From positions 608,001-672,000 of the forward strand of contig CAXXSR010000001.1 of NCBI GenBank assembly GCA_963662615.2: a stretch of DNA of 64,000 nucleotides, read 5' to 3'. Position numbers and translations under genes: made by a program. Each line of letters opens with the position of its first letter. Position 1 is the first letter of the stretch. The notes under the pieces are model-generated. The model saw only the letters and a list, made by a program, of their open reading frames with translations, had not been told where the DNA came from and made no database searches. This document shows positions 45,642-55,330 of the stretch, one piece after another. The stretch is from Dehalococcoidia bacterium (GTDB taxonomy: Bacteria > Chloroflexota > Dehalococcoidia > Bin125).

Positions 45642-47305
45642 GTTCCCAGCCGCGCCTCTTCCGCCTCCACGATCGCGGCGTCTAGCTTCTTGAACAGCGG
45701 CGACGGCTCGTTCAGGGGGGCGCCCGGCGTCAGCGCCTGCAGCATCCAGCCTTGCTCCTCGATCGATCGGTCGGCGCCCAGGAAGTCGTTCAGGCGGCGG
45801 CACGTGAACGGCAGGTAGGGATAGAGCGCGGTGCGCAGGGCCGCGATGACGTTCAGCGCCGTGTAGAGCGATCGCGCCGCCGCTTGTCGGTCCTCCTTGA
45901 TCGCGTGCCAGGGCGCCGTCGCGTCCAAATAGCGGTTCGCCTCCTGCGCCAGCGCGAACGCCTGCTGCAATCCCTGGCGCAGATGGACGCCCCGGATCGA
46001 TTCGCCCACCGCGTCCAGCGTCGACTGGGCCGCGTCCAGCAGCCGCGAGGCGTCGCGGTCCAGCGGCCCCGGGTCGGGCACCCGCCCCTCAAAGTTCCGC
46101 ACCGTGAACGTCAAGACGCGGTGCACCAGGTTGCCCCACGTCGCCACCAGTTCGTCGTTGTTGCGGCGCAGGAACGCTCCCCAACTGAAGTCGCTGTCGC
46201 TCGTCTCCGGCATCTGGCTGGCCAGCGCGTAACGCAGGGGGTCGGGATCGTAGCGGCTCAAGTAGTCCTGGACCCAGACGGCCCAGTTCTGGCTCGTGCT
46301 CGCTTTGCTGCCCGACATGGTGATGAACTGATTGGCGGGGACGTCGTAGGGCAGGTCAAGATCGCCCGCGCCCATAAGGATGGCCGGCCAGACGATCGTG
46401 TGAAAGGGCACGTTGTCCTTGCCAATGAAGTGGTAGGTCTTCGCCTCCGGATTCTGCCAGAACGACTTCCAGGCATCGGCGTCCCCGCTCTGCTCCGCCC
46501 ACTCGATCGTCGCCGACAGATAACCGATCACCGCCTCGAACCAGACGTAGATGCGCTTGTTCTCGAACCCCTCCACCGGCACCGCCACCCCCCAGTCGAT
46601 GTCGCGAGTGATGGCGCGGTCCCGCAGCCCTTCGCGGAGCATCCCCTGCGTGAAGTTGAAGACGTGCTTGCGCCAGTGCTCCTTGCCCGTGCTGAGCCAT
46701 TCCTCCAGTGCGGGGGCGAGGCCGGTGAGGCGCAAGAAGTAGTGCTCGCTCGTGCGCCGCTCCGGCCGTGCTCCCGAGATCCGCGACACGGGATCGATCA
46801 GTTCAATGCCGTCTAGCTGCCGGCCGCAGCTGTCGCACTGATCGCCGCGCGCGCCGGGCGCATCGCAGTAGGGACAAGTCCCCTCGACGTAGCGGTCGGG
46901 CAGGAAGCGATGCTCCACGGGGTCATAGAGCAGCTCCTGCGGCGCCACGTAGAGGTAACCGTTGTCCAGCAGCCGGCGGAAGAGGTCGTGCACCACCCGG
47001 GCGTGGTTCTCCGTGTCCGTGGCCGTGAACAGGTCGAAGGAGATCCCGATCCCCTCCCACGTCTCCAGAAACTCGGCGTGGAACTCGCTTGCCACCTCCC
47101 GCGGCGTGCGCCCTTCCCGCCGCGCGCGCACGGTGATGGGCGTGCCGTGCATGTCGGAGCCGGACACCATCGCGACGCGGTCGCCTTTGAGGCGGTGGTA
47201 GCGGGCGAAGATGTCGGCGGGCAGGTAGGCGCCGCCCAACTGGCCGTGGTGGATGGACCCGTTGGCGTACGGCCAGGCGACCGCGACCAGGATCGTCTCA
47301 CTCAC
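45638..47305 (-). CDS. metG: Methionine--tRNA ligase (no C-terminal dimerisation domain)
   Basis: AWPYANG, GSDMHGTPI, CPYC..ARGDQCDSC, YVWFEA, FIGKDN, WGNLVHR. Confidence 0.95.
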   Translation of the reverse strand: MSETILVAVAWPYANGSIHHGQLGGAYLPADIFARYHRLKGDRVAMVSGSDMHGTPITVRARREGRTPREVASEFHAEFLETWEGIGISFDLFTATDTENHARVVHDLFRRLLDNGYLYVAPQELLYDPVEHRFLPDRYVEGTCPYCDAPGARGDQCDSCGRQLDGIELIDPVSRISGARPERRTSEHYFLRLTGLAPALEEWLSTGKEHWRKHVFNFTQGMLREGLRDRAITRDIDWGVAVPVEGFENKRIYVWFEAVIGYLSATIEWAEQSGDADAWKSFWQNPEAKTYHFIGKDNVPFHTIVWPAILMGAGDLDLPYDVPANQFITMSGSKASTSQNWAVWVQDYLSRYDPDPLRYALASQMPETSDSDFSWGAFLRRNNDELVATWGNLVHRVLTFTVRNFEGRVPDPGPLDRDASRLLDAAQSTLDAVGESIRGVHLRQGLQQAFALAQEANRYLDATAPWHAIKEDRQAAARSLYTALNVIAALRTALYPYLPFTCRRLNDFLGADRSIEEQGWMLQALTPGAPLNEPSPLFKKLDAAIVEAEEARLGT

Positions 47306-47379
47306 GACCGGGCCTCAGCAGCGAAGGCGTAGAGCGTTCTGTACGCACCGGGGCTGGCATCGCCGAACACCCGCCGATT

Positions 47380-48231
47380 CTAGCAACCGCTCTCATTCCC
47401 GTCTGAAGATGCCGGCTCTGTGGGCCAGAGGCCGTACACCTCTCGCCGCGCCCGTCCCGACCGTGCCGCCACGGCCACGGCCGCGTCCCGCCGGCCGCGT
47501 CCCGCCGCTCGCTCCGCAACCAACGCCGCGCGCACCGCATCGTCCGGCCACGACGGCGGCGGCGCCGCTGCCGGCACAATGAGGAAGGCAAATTCACCGC
47601 GCGGCTCCTGGAAGTGTGCCAGCGCCCCCGCCGCAGAGCCGCGCCAGATCTCCTCGTGCAGCTTCGTCAGCTCTCGTCCGACTACCAGATGGGCGTCGGG
47701 CAGCACCGCCGCGCAGTCGCGGAGCGTCGCCCGCAGCCGGTGCGGCGACTCAAACGCCAGGGCCGGCTCCCGGCCCGCCCCCACCTCGGCCAGCAGCCGC
47801 CGTCGTTCGCCGGCCTTGCGTGGCAGAAAGCCGAGCAGCCGCGCCGTTCGCGTCCGTACTCCCGCCACCGAGAGCAAGGCGGTGACCGCGGACGCCCCCG
47901 GCACCGGCGCCACCACCGCCCCCGCCGCCACGGCGGCCGCGACCAGCTCCTGCCCGGGATCGGAGATGCCGGGCGTCCCTGCGTCGGCGATCAGGGAGAT
48001 GCTCGCGCCCTCGGCCAGCGCGCTCAGCAGCCGGCCCGTGGTGCGGGCCTTGTTGCGATCGTTGTAGGCCACGCAGGGGATGCGCAGGCCCAGATGCCGC
48101 AGCAGCTTCGCCGCCGTGCGCGTGTTCTCCGCGGCGATCAGGTCACTCTCAGCCAGGACGCGAGCGGCGCGACGGCTGAGGTCTTCCAGATTTCCAATCG
48201 GCGTCGCCACAACATAAAGCGTGCCCGCCAC
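47380..48231 (-). CDS. rsmI: 16S rRNA C1402 2'-O-methyltransferase
   Basis: LYVVATPIGNLED, DAGTPGISDPG, PGASA, FESPHR, RELTKLHEE. Confidence 0.95.
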   Translation of the reverse strand: MAGTLYVVATPIGNLEDLSRRAARVLAESDLIAAENTRTAAKLLRHLGLRIPCVAYNDRNKARTTGRLLSALAEGASISLIADAGTPGISDPGQELVAAAVAAGAVVAPVPGASAVTALLSVAGVRTRTARLLGFLPRKAGERRRLLAEVGAGREPALAFESPHRLRATLRDCAAVLPDAHLVVGRELTKLHEEIWRGSAAGALAHFQEPRGEFAFLIVPAAAPPPSWPDDAVRAALVAERAAGRGRRDAAVAVAARSGRARREVYGLWPTEPASSDGNESGC

Positions 48232-48271
48232 GCCCGCAGTATACGATCGCCCGCTCTGCCAAGCGCTGTTC

Positions 48272-48300
48272 TTGGCGCACGCCCCACGCGGGCCTATACT
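48272..48300 (+). promoter_or_regulatory. sigma70-type promoter for guaB3
   Basis: TTGGCG-N17-TATACT; divergent from the rsmI -10 element at 48238-48243. Confidence 0.6.
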
Positions 48301-48306
48301 CGCCAC

Positions 48307-48520
48307 CAACCCCGGCCGTCTTTCCAGCGCAGACGGAGCCCATGGTCGAGTGACGCGACCCCAGCGGATGGCACAGAGCCGGCGCCGGCAAGCTGAATCA
48401 GCGCGGCATCACGCCGCGCTGAACTTATTCCCCCTCCGGCGCCACCGGAGCCGCGCGCCAGAGAGAGGACGCGGCCCGGCGGCCTTCCTGGTCCCGTGGC
48501 GGCTGTGAACAGGAGCGAGC
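48307..48520 (+). promoter_or_regulatory. Long structured 5' leader of guaB3 (candidate cis-regulatory RNA)
   Basis: Nested stems plus a perfect 10-bp hairpin TCAGCGCGGC/GCCGCGCTGA at 48398-48422. Confidence 0.4.
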
Positions 48521-48522
48521 GG

Positions 48523-49662
48523 ATGCCGGCCCCCTACCGCAAGGAGCTGCGAGAGGCCTACAGCTTCGATGATGTCGCCATCGTCCCCGGCGACGTCACC
48601 ATCAATCCGGAGCTGACGGACGTCTCCACCGAGATCGCCGCCCAGCGCTTGGCCGTGCCCGTGCTGGCCGCCGCCATGGACGCCGTGGTGGACCCGCAAT
48701 TCGCCATTGAGGTCGGCCGCCGAGGCGGGCTGGCCGTGCTCAACCTGGAAGGCCTGCAGTGCCGCTTCGACGACCCCGACGCGGTCATGGCCGAGGTGGC
48801 CGCCAGCGACACCGCCGGCGCCACGGCCATCCTCCAGAAGGCCTATGCCTCCCCCATTCGGGAGGAGTTGGTGTCGAAGCGCATCCGCCAGATCAAGGAC
48901 GGCGGCGTTGGCGCTGCCGCCTCCGTGACACCGGCCCTCACCAAACGACTCGCCCCCCTCGCCCAGGAGGCCGGTGCCGACGTGCTGGTCGTCCAGTCCA
49001 CCGTCACCACCGCGCGCCACGAGTCGCGCTCCGCTCGCGGCCTCCGCCTCCGGGACCTGGTGGAGCAGCTCTCCATCCCGCTGCTGGTGGGCAACACCGT
49101 CTCCACGGCCGCGGCCCTGGAGCTGATGGAGGAGGGGATCGCCGGCCTGCTCGTCGGCGTCGGTCCCGGCGCCGCCTGCACCAGCCGCGAGGTCCTCGGC
49201 ATCGGCGTGCCCCAGGTCACCGCCACCATCGACTGCGCCGCCGCGCGCGACGCCTTCGCCGAGCGCACGGGCCGCTACGTCCCCATCATCACCGATGGTG
49301 GCATCCGCACCGGTGGTGATGTCTGCAAGGCCTTCGCCGCCGGCGCCGACGCCGTCATGCTCGGCTCGCCCTTCGCCCGCACCCGCGAAGCGCCCGGCCG
49401 CGGCTTCCACTGGGGCATGGCCACACCGCACGCCGAGCTGCCGCGCGGCGTGCGCGTGCAGATGGGCCAAGACACGACCCTGGACCGGCTGCTGTTCGGC
49501 CCCACCTCCCGCACCGACGGGACCGAGAACCTGGTGGGCGCGCTGCGCACGTGCATGGGCAGCATTGGCGCGCACACCATTCGCGAGATCCATCAGGCCG
49601 AGATGATCGTCGCGCCGGCCATCAAGACGGAGGGCAAGATCTACCAGATGCTGCGCGACTGA
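48523..49662 (+). CDS. GuaB3-family IMP dehydrogenase-related protein
   Basis: YSFDDVAIVP, AAMDAVV, LNLEGL, GVGPGAACTSR, DGGIRTGGD, FHWGMA. Confidence 0.92.
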   Translation: MPAPYRKELREAYSFDDVAIVPGDVTINPELTDVSTEIAAQRLAVPVLAAAMDAVVDPQFAIEVGRRGGLAVLNLEGLQCRFDDPDAVMAEVAASDTAGATAILQKAYASPIREELVSKRIRQIKDGGVGAAASVTPALTKRLAPLAQEAGADVLVVQSTVTTARHESRSARGLRLRDLVEQLSIPLLVGNTVSTAAALELMEEGIAGLLVGVGPGAACTSREVLGIGVPQVTATIDCAAARDAFAERTGRYVPIITDGGIRTGGDVCKAFAAGADAVMLGSPFARTREAPGRGFHWGMATPHAELPRGVRVQMGQDTTLDRLLFGPTSRTDGTENLVGALRTCMGSIGAHTIREIHQAEMIVAPAIKTEGKIYQMLRD

Positions 49663-49698
49663 GCGCCGCCGCTCACCCGGTCCTTGCCCGGCCTCCCC

Positions 49699-50565
49699 CT
49701 AGCCCGCCACGATCTTGACCGCCCGCGGCTCCCCGGACAGGTCCTCCAGCACGTCCACCTTGGCCAGGCCCACCAGCCGCCGCGCCGCCGCCGTCACCGT
49801 CTCCGCCTGATCCGGCGCGATCTCGACCACCGCGACACCGGCCGGCGCCAGCCGCGTCCCCAACTGCGTGACCAGCCGCAAGATCAGCTCTGTCCCCGCC
49901 GTCCCCGGTGTCACTGCACCGCGCGGTTCATGCTCCCTGATCTCCGGCTCCAGTTGCGGCAGCTCCTCTTCTCTCACGTAGGGCAGATTGGCAACCACAC
50001 AGTCCACCGGCCCGGACATGGCGGTGAGCAGGTCGGCCTGCACCCAGTCGCAGCGACGGCGCGGTACCAGCCGCCGCGCGTTCTCCCGCGCCACCGCCAG
50101 CGCCGCCGCCGAGACGTCGATGCCCAGTAGGCGCGCGTCTCGACGGTTCTTGGCAATGGCGATGCCGATCGCGCCGGAGCCGGTCCCCACGTCCGCCACG
50201 CGGGCCCTGCGGATGCGCTGGCGGCGCAGGTGGTCCAAGGCGGCGTCCACGAGCAGCTCGCTCTCCGGCCGTGGGATCAGCACCGCCGGCGTGACGCTGA
50301 AGTCCAGGCTGTAGAACTCGCGGTGCCGGGTGATGTAGGCCAGCGGCTCGCGTTGCAGCCGCCGCCGCAGCGCGTCGGCAAACTGGTCCCGCGCTTTGGC
50401 CGAGATCGGCTCTTCCAGATTCGCGTAGAAGTTGGCGCGGGAGCGGGCGCTGCAGTGCCGCAGCAACACTTCCGCTTCAAAGCGCGCGTCCCCAAGGCCG
50501 GCCTGGGCGAGGCGCTGGGCGGCATCCATCCAGATGTCGCGCAGGCTCGCCCCCGGCTCGCTCAT
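49699..50565 (-). CDS. prmC: Release factor glutamine methyltransferase
   Basis: [29 protein letters not shown]; downstream of prfA. Confidence 0.94.
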   Translation of the reverse strand: MSEPGASLRDIWMDAAQRLAQAGLGDARFEAEVLLRHCSARSRANFYANLEEPISAKARDQFADALRRRLQREPLAYITRHREFYSLDFSVTPAVLIPRPESELLVDAALDHLRRQRIRRARVADVGTGSGAIGIAIAKNRRDARLLGIDVSAAALAVARENARRLVPRRRCDWVQADLLTAMSGPVDCVVANLPYVREEELPQLEPEIREHEPRGAVTPGTAGTELILRLVTQLGTRLAPAGVAVVEIAPDQAETVTAAARRLVGLAKVDVLEDLSGEPRAVKIVAG

Positions 50566-51632
50566 GCGACCCGCTGGTCGAGCAGTTTCGCTTCCGTCGC
50601 CGTCGCCGCCGCGTCAATGAGCGGGTCCAGGTCGCCCTCCAGGACTGTCTGGAGGTTGTGCACCGTCAGGCCAATCCGATGATCCGTCACGCGGTTCTCG
50701 GGGAAGTTGTAGGTCCGGATCTTCTCGGAGCGCTCCCCGCTCCCGATCTGCGCCCGACGCGCCTCCGACCGCTCCGTTTCCTGCTTGTGCCGCTTCGCGT
50801 CGTAGAGACGGGCGCGCAGGACGTTCATCGCCTTCTGCCGGTTCTTCAGCTGCGATCGCTCATCACTGCACGTCACCACGATGCCCGTCGGCACGTGCGT
50901 CAAGCGCACCCCGGTTTCCACCTTGTTCACGTTCTGCCCGCCCGCGCCACCGGAGTGGAAGCGGTCCATACGGATGTCGTCGTCGCTGATCGCCACCTCC
51001 ACCGCGTTCACCTCCAGCAGCACCGCGACGGTGGCCGTGGAGGTGTGAATGCGCCCCTGCGCCTCCGTCTTCGGAACCCGCTGCACTCGATGCACGCCGC
51101 TCTCGTACTTGAATCGGGAGAACGCCCGCTTGCCTGCCACCTGGAAGACGATCTCCTTGAAGCCGCCTGCCGGATTCTCACTGACCGACGCCACGCTGCT
51201 CCGCCAGCCGCGCGCTTCGGCGTAGCGCGTGTAGGCGCGGTACAGGTCCGACGCCCACAGTCCCGCCTCATTGCCTCCGGTGCCCGCCCGGATCTCAATG
51301 ATCACGTTGCGCTCGTCGTTGGGGTCGGTCGGCACGAGCGCTCGCCGCGCTTTGCCGGTCAGCTCCTCCAGCCGCGCCGTCAGCGACGCGATCTCGCTCC
51401 GGGCCATCTCCTCCAGCTCGGCGTCCCCCGACTCCGCTGCCACTTCCTCTGCCTGCGTCAACTCGTCGCTGACGCGCTCGTACTCCGTCAGCAGCGCCAC
51501 CAGCGGTTCCAGACCGGCGCGTTCTTTGGCCAGCTCCTGCAGTCGCACGGGCTCTCGGGCCACTTCCGGGGAGGCCATTTCCGCCTCAATCTCCGTGAAG
51601 CGACGGCGCTTTCCAGCCAGCTGGTCCCACAT
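50562..51632 (-). CDS. prfA: Peptide chain release factor 1
   Basis: [22 protein letters not shown] (PxT), GAGGQ, IRTYNFP. Confidence 0.96.
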   Translation of the reverse strand: MWDQLAGKRRRFTEIEAEMASPEVAREPVRLQELAKERAGLEPLVALLTEYERVSDELTQAEEVAAESGDAELEEMARSEIASLTARLEELTGKARRALVPTDPNDERNVIIEIRAGTGGNEAGLWASDLYRAYTRYAEARGWRSSVASVSENPAGGFKEIVFQVAGKRAFSRFKYESGVHRVQRVPKTEAQGRIHTSTATVAVLLEVNAVEVAISDDDIRMDRFHSGGAGGQNVNKVETGVRLTHVPTGIVVTCSDERSQLKNRQKAMNVLRARLYDAKRHKQETERSEARRAQIGSGERSEKIRTYNFPENRVTDHRIGLTVHNLQTVLEGDLDPLIDAAATATEAKLLDQRVA

Positions 51633-51656
51633 GGCTCGCCCATCTTCGCGACGCGG

Positions 51657-52934
51657 TCACTTGCTCTCAGTATACGGCGCGGCCCGTCGCAGCTCCTCAA
51701 CCACGGCGTCCAGCGCGACGCTGCGTTGCTCCCCGCGACGCAGATCGCGCACCTCGGCCACGCCTGCCCGCAGCTCGCGCTCGCCCACGATCAACGCGAA
51801 GCGCGCCCCCGTGTGATCAGCGTGCCGCAGCTGCGCCTTCAAGGATCGATCGCCGAACGCCAGCGTCGCACCCACGCCCGCGCGGCGCAGGTCGGCCGCC
51901 AGCTGCGACGCGCGCGTCACCGCCTCGGCGCCCACCGGGATCACGAGCGCCGGCAGCGGCGCCGCCGGCTCCGGCGCCTGACCCTGCGCCTGCAGATTCA
52001 GCGCCAGCCGCTCCAGCCCCATCCCAAAGCCGATCCCCGGCGTGGGGCGGCCGCCCAACAGCTCGATCAGCCCGTCGTAGCGCCCGCCCGCGACGATCGT
52101 CGCCTGCGATCCCCCGTTCGCCGGCGCGATCTCGAAGACCGTGTGCGTGTAGTAGTCCAGCCCGCGCACCAGCGTGGACCATTCCTCGAAGGGGATTGCC
52201 AGCGCCTGCAGGCGTTCCTGCACCCCTTCGTAGTGCGCCCGCGACTCCGGCCGCAGGTGGTCGCGGATCAGCGGCGCCCCGCTCTGGTAGGGCCGGCACG
52301 ACTCCTGCTTGCAGTCCAGCAGCCGCATGGGCGCGCGCTGGTAGCGCTGGCGGCAGTCGGCACAGAGCGCCTCCAGGTGCGGCGCGAAGTGCTCGCGCAG
52401 CACCGGCACGTACCCGGCCCGGTCCTCCGCGTCGCCAATGCTGTTGATCCCCAGCCGCAGGTCGCGCAGGCCCACCTCCTCTGTGATCCGCCACCCCAGC
52501 TCAATCACCTCCGCGTCCAACGCCGGGTCCCGCACGCCGATCGCTTCCGCGCCGAACTGCGTATGCTGCCGGTACCGCCCCGCCTGGGGACGCTCGTAGC
52601 GGAAGATGGGCAAGACGTAGTGGAACTTGGCCGGCTGCGGACGGTTGGCGAATCCGTGCTGCAGATAGGCGCGGCAGACCGACGCCGTCCCCTCCGGTCG
52701 CAGCGCCAGCCGATCGCCGCCGCGGTCCTCAAAGACGTACATCTCCTTCTCAACAATGTCCGTGCCCGCGCCCACGCTGCGCACGAACAGGTCGGCGTCC
52801 TCGAACGTCGGCGGCTCGATCGGCTGATAGCCGGCCAGCTCCGCCAGCCGCTCCGCCGTCGCCACCAGATCGCGGCGCACGACGAACTCATCCGGGAGCA
52901 CGTCGTGCGTGCCACGGGGCGCCTGATACTTCAA
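51657..52934 (-). CDS. hisS: Histidine--tRNA ligase
   Basis: PRGTHD, KEMY, LRPEGTA, RYERPQAGRYRQH, LVRGLDYY, GGRYDGL. Confidence 0.96.
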   Translation of the reverse strand: MKYQAPRGTHDVLPDEFVVRRDLVATAERLAELAGYQPIEPPTFEDADLFVRSVGAGTDIVEKEMYVFEDRGGDRLALRPEGTASVCRAYLQHGFANRPQPAKFHYVLPIFRYERPQAGRYRQHTQFGAEAIGVRDPALDAEVIELGWRITEEVGLRDLRLGINSIGDAEDRAGYVPVLREHFAPHLEALCADCRQRYQRAPMRLLDCKQESCRPYQSGAPLIRDHLRPESRAHYEGVQERLQALAIPFEEWSTLVRGLDYYTHTVFEIAPANGGSQATIVAGGRYDGLIELLGGRPTPGIGFGMGLERLALNLQAQGQAPEPAAPLPALVIPVGAEAVTRASQLAADLRRAGVGATLAFGDRSLKAQLRHADHTGARFALIVGERELRAGVAEVRDLRRGEQRSVALDAVVEELRRAAPYTESK

Positions 52935-53073
52935 GGCTCCTCCACTGCGCCGCTCCCAGCGCCGGCGAATACTGTTCCTGTCGCTAATCTCATCGTACGT
53001 GCGGCCTTCCCGGCACGGAAGTCAACCGACGCCGCTGACGCGCCGGAGCGCCGAGCGACGCTACACTATGGGT

Positions 53074-55278
53074 ATGACCGCGGACGTCGCCGTCGGGAGT
53101 GTCAAGTCGCTGCATCCCGCCCTGGACGATCTGCGCGACGCCACGGAGCGGTACCTCAACCCCGAAGAGATCGGGGAGGTGGAGCGCGCCCATCGCTTCG
53201 CCGCCCACGCCCATACGGACCACCGCCGCCTCTCGGGCGACCCCTACATTGAGCATCCGCTCGCCGCTGCCCTCAGCTGCGCTGATCTCCAGCTCGACGC
53301 GTCCGTGATCCAGGCCGCCCTGCTGCACGACGTGGTGGAGGACTGCGGGGTGAGCCCCGCCCAGCTCGTCGAGGAGTTCGGGGAGGAGGTCGCGCACCTC
53401 GTCGATGGAGTGACGAAGCTCGGCGCCCTCTCGCTGCCCAGCCTCACGGCTGGGGCCGGGGACGAGGAGGTCCAGGCCGAAAATCTCCGCAAGATGTTCC
53501 TGGCCATGGCGGAGGACGTCCGTGTCGTCATCGTCAAGCTCGCCGACCGCCTCCACAACATGCGCACGCTGGACGCGCTGCCGCTGGAGAAGCAGCAGCG
53601 CATCGCTCGCGAAACCATGGAAATTTACGCCCCCCTGGCCTCACGCCTCGGCATCTGGCAGTTCAAGTGGGAGCTGGAGGATCTCGCCTTCCGCTACATG
53701 GAGCCGGACGAATTCTGTCGCATCTCCGAGTTGGTCGCCGCCCGCGGCGCCACCCGCGAACGCTACCTTGCCCAGACCCGCCGCAAGCTGGAGGACGCCT
53801 TGGCCGCCCACGGCATCCGCGCCGAGGTGACCGGTCGCGTGAAGCACATCTACTCCATCCGCCAGAAGATCCAAAAGTACGCCGCCTTGAACAAGACGTT
53901 CAGCGAGATCTACGACCTCCTCGCCCTGCGCGTGCTGACGGAGAAGCCGGAGGACTGTTACAACGCCCTCGGCGTCGTCCATAGCATCTGGCGCCCCATC
54001 CCCGGCGAGTTCGACGACTACATCGGCAGTCCCAAGCCCAGCGGCTACCGCTCTCTCCATACCACCGTCTATTGGACCGCTACGCGCCCGCTGGAGGTCC
54101 AGATTCGCACGCGCGAGATGGACGCCGAGGCGGAATTCGGCGTCGCGGCCCATTGGAGCTATAAGGAGGCCCGCGGCCCCACCACGGCGCCGGATCGCGA
54201 TCGGCTCTCCTGGCTCAAGCAGCTGCTGGAGTGGCAGGGCGACTTGCCCGGCGCGCGCGAGTTCGTCGAAACGCTCAAGTCGGACGTCTTCCAGGACCAG
54301 GTCTTCGTCTACACCCCCCGGGGCGAGATCAAGGACCTGCCCGCAGGCGCCACCCCGCTGGACTTCGCCTTCCGCATCCACACGGACATTGGCTACTCCT
54401 GCGTGGGCGCCAAGGTGAACGCCCGCTTGGTCCAGCTCACCACCCCGCTGCAGAACGGCGACGTGGTGGAGATCATCACCAGCCGCACTTCCCGTGGCCC
54501 CAGCCGCGACTGGCTCAACCCCGCGCTCGGCCTCCTCCAGACCAACCACGCCAAGACCAAGGTGCGCCAGTGGTTCCGGCGGCGCCAGCGCACGGAGAAC
54601 ATCGCCCGCGGACAGGAGGAGCTGGAAAAGGAGCTGCGACGCCTCAGCCTGCGCTTCGCCGACGTTGAGGATGCCGTCGCCGAGCTGCCCGCCTACGACA
54701 GCATGGACGACCTGTTTGCCGCCATTGGCACCGGCGAGGTGACCGCGCAGCAGCTCGCACTCCGCGTCGCCTCCTTGATCGCGGCCGAGGAGACGCCGGA
54801 GGAGCCGTTGGCCGAGCCCGCCCGGCCACGCGATCGCACTGCCGCCGGCGTGCATGTGCTGGGCGCCTCCAACGTCTTGACTCGCTTCGCCGACTGCTGC
54901 AGCCCCGTGCCCGGCGACTTCATCAGCGGCTACGTCACCCGCGGCCGCGGCGTCACCGTCCACCGCAGCGACTGCCACAACGTCATCCAGACACAGGACC
55001 GCGACCGCCTCGTGGATGTCCAGTGGGGCAGGGCTCCCGGCACGCGCTATCCCGCCCAGATCCGGATTGAAGGCTGGGACCGGGTCGGCTTCGTCCGCGA
55101 CATCTCCACCGTCGTCGCCGATGAAGGCATCAACATGGTGGGGCTGCGCACGCTGGAGAGCGCCGACGGGCGCGTCGTGGTTCGCGTCACCGTGGAGACC
55201 GACGGCGTTGCCCACCTCCAGCGCGTCATCCACAAGGTTGATGCGATCCGCGGCGTCCTCGGCGTCCACCGCGACTAG
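53074..55278 (+). CDS. rel: Long RSH (p)ppGpp synthetase/hydrolase (HD, SYNTH, TGS, ZFD, ACT)
   Basis: LLHDVVED, KLADRLHNMRT, YRSLHT, EVQIRT, DFAFRIHT, CCSPVPGD. Confidence 0.95.
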   Translation: MTADVAVGSVKSLHPALDDLRDATERYLNPEEIGEVERAHRFAAHAHTDHRRLSGDPYIEHPLAAALSCADLQLDASVIQAALLHDVVEDCGVSPAQLVEEFGEEVAHLVDGVTKLGALSLPSLTAGAGDEEVQAENLRKMFLAMAEDVRVVIVKLADRLHNMRTLDALPLEKQQRIARETMEIYAPLASRLGIWQFKWELEDLAFRYMEPDEFCRISELVAARGATRERYLAQTRRKLEDALAAHGIRAEVTGRVKHIYSIRQKIQKYAALNKTFSEIYDLLALRVLTEKPEDCYNALGVVHSIWRPIPGEFDDYIGSPKPSGYRSLHTTVYWTATRPLEVQIRTREMDAEAEFGVAAHWSYKEARGPTTAPDRDRLSWLKQLLEWQGDLPGAREFVETLKSDVFQDQVFVYTPRGEIKDLPAGATPLDFAFRIHTDIGYSCVGAKVNARLVQLTTPLQNGDVVEIITSRTSRGPSRDWLNPALGLLQTNHAKTKVRQWFRRRQRTENIARGQEELEKELRRLSLRFADVEDAVAELPAYDSMDDLFAAIGTGEVTAQQLALRVASLIAAEETPEEPLAEPARPRDRTAAGVHVLGASNVLTRFADCCSPVPGDFISGYVTRGRGVTVHRSDCHNVIQTQDRDRLVDVQWGRAPGTRYPAQIRIEGWDRVGFVRDISTVVADEGINMVGLRTLESADGRVVVRVTVETDGVAHLQRVIHKVDAIRGVLGVHRD

Positions 55279-55330
55279 GATCACCCTGTGGCGCTTCCGG
55301 GATCACCGCCCCCGCACTAGCATGCCCTTC

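Noticed and set aside
45638-47305. Deviant MetRS signatures (HHGQ for HIGH, KASTS for KMSKS) as a sign of inactivation
   Set aside because: All other catalytic motifs are intact and such variation is within the range of MetRS enzymes.
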